DNA from: an uncultured bacterium
Lineage (GTDB): Bacteria; Armatimonadota; UBA5829; DTJY01
Reading direction: 5' to 3'
Assembly (NCBI GenBank): GCA_964466715.1
Contig: CAYXOC010000057.1
Location: 1 to 23,103, forward strand
Length of the DNA: 23,103 bases
The translations under genes and the position numbers were made by a program. The notes below the pieces were generated by a model. That model had not been told where the DNA came from. It made no database searches and saw only the letters and a list, made by a program, of their open reading frames with translations. Below, piece after piece: positions 21,789 through 23,103 of the stretch (position 1 is the stretch's first letter; every line of letters begins with the position of its first letter).

Positions 21789-21956
21789 GATGCAGGCTTA
21801 CGGAACGGCAATGTAAGCTTACATTTCGACAATGCAAGCTTTCATTGCGCCAATGTAAGCTTTCATTGCGGGAATGTAAGCCTTCATTGCGGGAATGTAA
21901 GCCTTCATTGCGACAATGTAAGCTTGCATTCCGGGAATGTAAGCTTGCATTGTGAG
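21789..21956. repeat. Array of 7 (plus 1 degenerate) direct 21-bp repeats, each with a palindromic core AATGTAAGCTTACATT; iteron/operator/centromere-like
   Basis: Units start at 21810, 21831, 21852, 21873, 21894, 21915 and 21936: aatgtaagcttacatttcgac / aatgcaagctttcattgcgcc / aatgtaagctttcattgcggg / aatgtaagccttcattgcggg / aatgtaagccttcattgcgac / aatgtaagcttgcattccggg / aatgtaagcttgcattgtgag. There is a degenerate unit at 21789-21809. Exact 21-bp phasing and no spacers. Track ORFs 21709-22143(-) and 21773-21955(+) translate the repeats. Confidence 0.8.
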
Positions 21957-22061
21957 ACGGGAACGGGCCGACGGCGTTACGGAACTCGATGAAAGAGATC
22001 AGGAATGAAGGACAAGAGTGCATCCCGAAACCAGGAAGCTGTCTGCACATGGAGCAACCGG

Positions 22062-22103
22062 TATCCCCAAATCTGAAATCGCAAATCTCAGATCTGCAAT
22101 CCC
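22062..22103. repeat. Second heptanucleotide tandem array (~5-6 units, AAATCNS-like)
   Basis: gtatccc(c) aaatctg aaatcgc aaatctc agatctg caatccc. It is related in composition to the 15699-15783 array. Confidence 0.5.
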
Positions 22104-22250
22104 GATAGCGCTCCACGGACTCACCTCGTGGTGGTCTGATCAATCCCCGTCCGTAACTCTAGTTGTACAAGGAGCAGTTAGATCTCTCATTCCATGATCT
22201 GCATCATTTCTCTAGGTATTTTTACGTGGGAGCACAGGCTTTTTTCGGCC

Positions 22251-22409
22251 CTTGGAGTGCGATGGCTCGACATCGCCATGGAGTGCGACGGTTCCGATTT
22301 GGAGTGCTACGGCTTGACGTCGCTTTGGTCCCGGGCGGCTTGACGCCCACCCACCCCCGGCGTGTCAAGCCACGCCTCGGAAAAGCGGTGTCGAGCCACC
22401 GCACTCCAT
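22251..22409. repeat. REPIN-like nested-palindrome element, copy B, flanking the RAYT/Y1 transposase gene; contains an extra partial unit at its 5' end
   Basis: GGAGTGCGA occurs three times at the 5' side, then the core shared with copies A and C, ending CCACCGCACTCCATA at 22409, 13 nt before the tnpA stop. Confidence 0.65.
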
Positions 22410-22422
22410 ACGAGCCTCGATA

Positions 22423-22950
22423 CTAGAAATCGTCGTGGATATTCAGACGGTCGGTTCTAAAGCTATTAACCGTCTTGAGGAGCCCGTCAGGCGCAGTGCG
22501 CTCGAACCATGAGGCGGAGCACCACTGATAGTCGGCTGGTATGCTCACGATGCCATGCTTCACGGGATTGTCGTACACATACTTCAGCCGGGCGAAGTAG
22601 GACTCCTGGTAGGTGAGCTTGGTGTCGAAGTACTGAAACCAGACCTTGCGTCCGGGAGTGCTATCGAGCTTGTTGACCGCCGTAGCGGTGACGGTATGCA
22701 GGTGGCTCATGAACCTGGGGAGGTTCGTCGCATCCTCAGGCGAGTTGGCTATCAGGTGGTAGTGATTGCTGAAGACGGCCCAAGCCTGGAGCATCCACCC
22801 ATAGCGCTCTGCAAGCTGGAGGAGCGTGTCGTGCAGAACAGCGAGCCGATCATCGCCTCGGAAGTAGTGCTCCTTGTGGAGGGTTCCGCAGGTGATCATG
22901 AAGGCTCCCGCCTCGGACAAGCGGTGAACCGGCGCATGCGGCCAATCCAT
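22423..22950 (-). CDS. IS200/IS605-family Y1 (HuH) transposase, most consistent with a REP-associated tyrosine transposase (RAYT)
   Basis: HuH motif SNHYHLIANS and the C-terminal YVYDNPVKHGIV motif typical of the Y1_Tnp/RAYT family. 175 aa. ATG 22950 has AGGAGG 6 nt upstream. Flanked on both sides by near-identical REPIN-like elements. Confidence 0.85.
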   Translation of the reverse strand: MDWPHAPVHRLSEAGAFMITCGTLHKEHYFRGDDRLAVLHDTLLQLAERYGWMLQAWAVFSNHYHLIANSPEDATNLPRFMSHLHTVTATAVNKLDSTPGRKVWFQYFDTKLTYQESYFARLKYVYDNPVKHGIVSIPADYQWCSASWFERTAPDGLLKTVNSFRTDRLNIHDDF

Positions 22951-22970
22951 ATAGTACCTCCTGCATTCCT

Positions 22971-23103
22971 ATGGAGTGCGACGACACCAATATGGAGTGC
23001 GACGGCTTGACGTCGCTCTGGTTTCGGGCGGCTTGACGCCCCTCCACCCCCGGCGTGTCAAGCCACGCCTCGGAAAAGCGGCATCAAGCTGCCGCACTCC
23101 ATA
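22971..23103. repeat. REPIN-like nested-palindrome element, copy C (runs to window edge)
   Basis: ATGGAGTGCGACGACACCAATATGGAGTGCGACGGCTTGACGTCGC...GCGGCATCAAGCTGCCGCACTCCATA, in the same orientation as copies A and B. Confidence 0.65.

Larger units (their letters stand above)
22251..23103 (-). mobile_element. REPIN-RAYT unit (tnpA/rayT flanked by two REPIN-like elements); possibly truncated by window end
   Basis: Composite of features 22251-22409, 22423-22950 and 22971-23103. A third, solo copy of the flanking element lies 22 kb away at 228-372. Confidence 0.5.

Noticed and set aside
21789-21956. Possible CRISPR array
   Set aside because: The repeats are directly abutting with no spacers and there are no cas genes. 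The repeat length (21 bp) is also short for CRISPR.
21709-22143. 144-aa (-) and 60-aa (+) ORFs with SLHCRNE/QCKLSLR repeats
   Set aside because: They are translations of the 21-bp tandem repeat array in two strands. They have no RBS, and periodic 7-aa repeats arise trivially from 21-bp DNA repeats.

Overview
This is a high-GC (~62-65%) bacterial window with Shine-Dalgarno-type RBSs (AGGAGG). The ORF track calls GTG/TTG as M, so I refined several starts by RBS spacing.

Layout, left to right:
- A solo copy of a ~130-bp nested-palindrome repeat (228-372).
- A GH94 glycoside phosphorylase gene (491-2887, +).
- A ~9-kb minus-strand operon (11811 down to 2847): two SAM methyltransferases, a tandem-domain GT2, a long GT2 with a C-terminal extension, a Wzm-like ABC-2 permease, a Wzt/KpsT-like ATPase and a GT2. 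Together these give an ABC-transporter-dependent, methylated glycan export locus.
- A plus-strand cluster: an 8-Cys small protein with a near-consensus extended -10 promoter, an NfeD/YqiJ-like membrane protein carrying an unusual Asp/His 'DHD' repeat, a flotillin (SPFH) and a 156-aa hypothetical.
- A minus-strand unit: a 712-aa polytopic membrane protein, then a previously uncalled 41-aa Cys peptide ORF, then a radical-SAM (twitch/SPASM-like) enzyme, all translationally coupled.
- A secreted phosphodiester-glycosidase (NAGPA-family) gene behind a strong promoter and a 39-aa upstream ORF.
- A hypothetical 220-aa gene.
- A RAYT/IS200-like Y1 transposase flanked by two further copies of the nested-palindrome repeat (REPIN-like).

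Several non-coding or structural signals stand out:
- A ~158-bp element with 32-bp terminal inverted repeats inserted in-frame inside the membrane-protein gene.
- A 7-8 unit array of 21-bp direct repeats with palindromic cores (iteron/operator/centromere-like).
- Two heptanucleotide tandem arrays (AATCCRC x12; AAATCNS x5) plus a mini-array at the putative peptide's RBS.
- A direct+inverted repeat RNA-structure element upstream of the 156-aa gene.

Many long ORFs in the track are antisense or alternate-frame artefacts of high GC, and I rejected them. No rRNA, tRNA or CRISPR array was seen.
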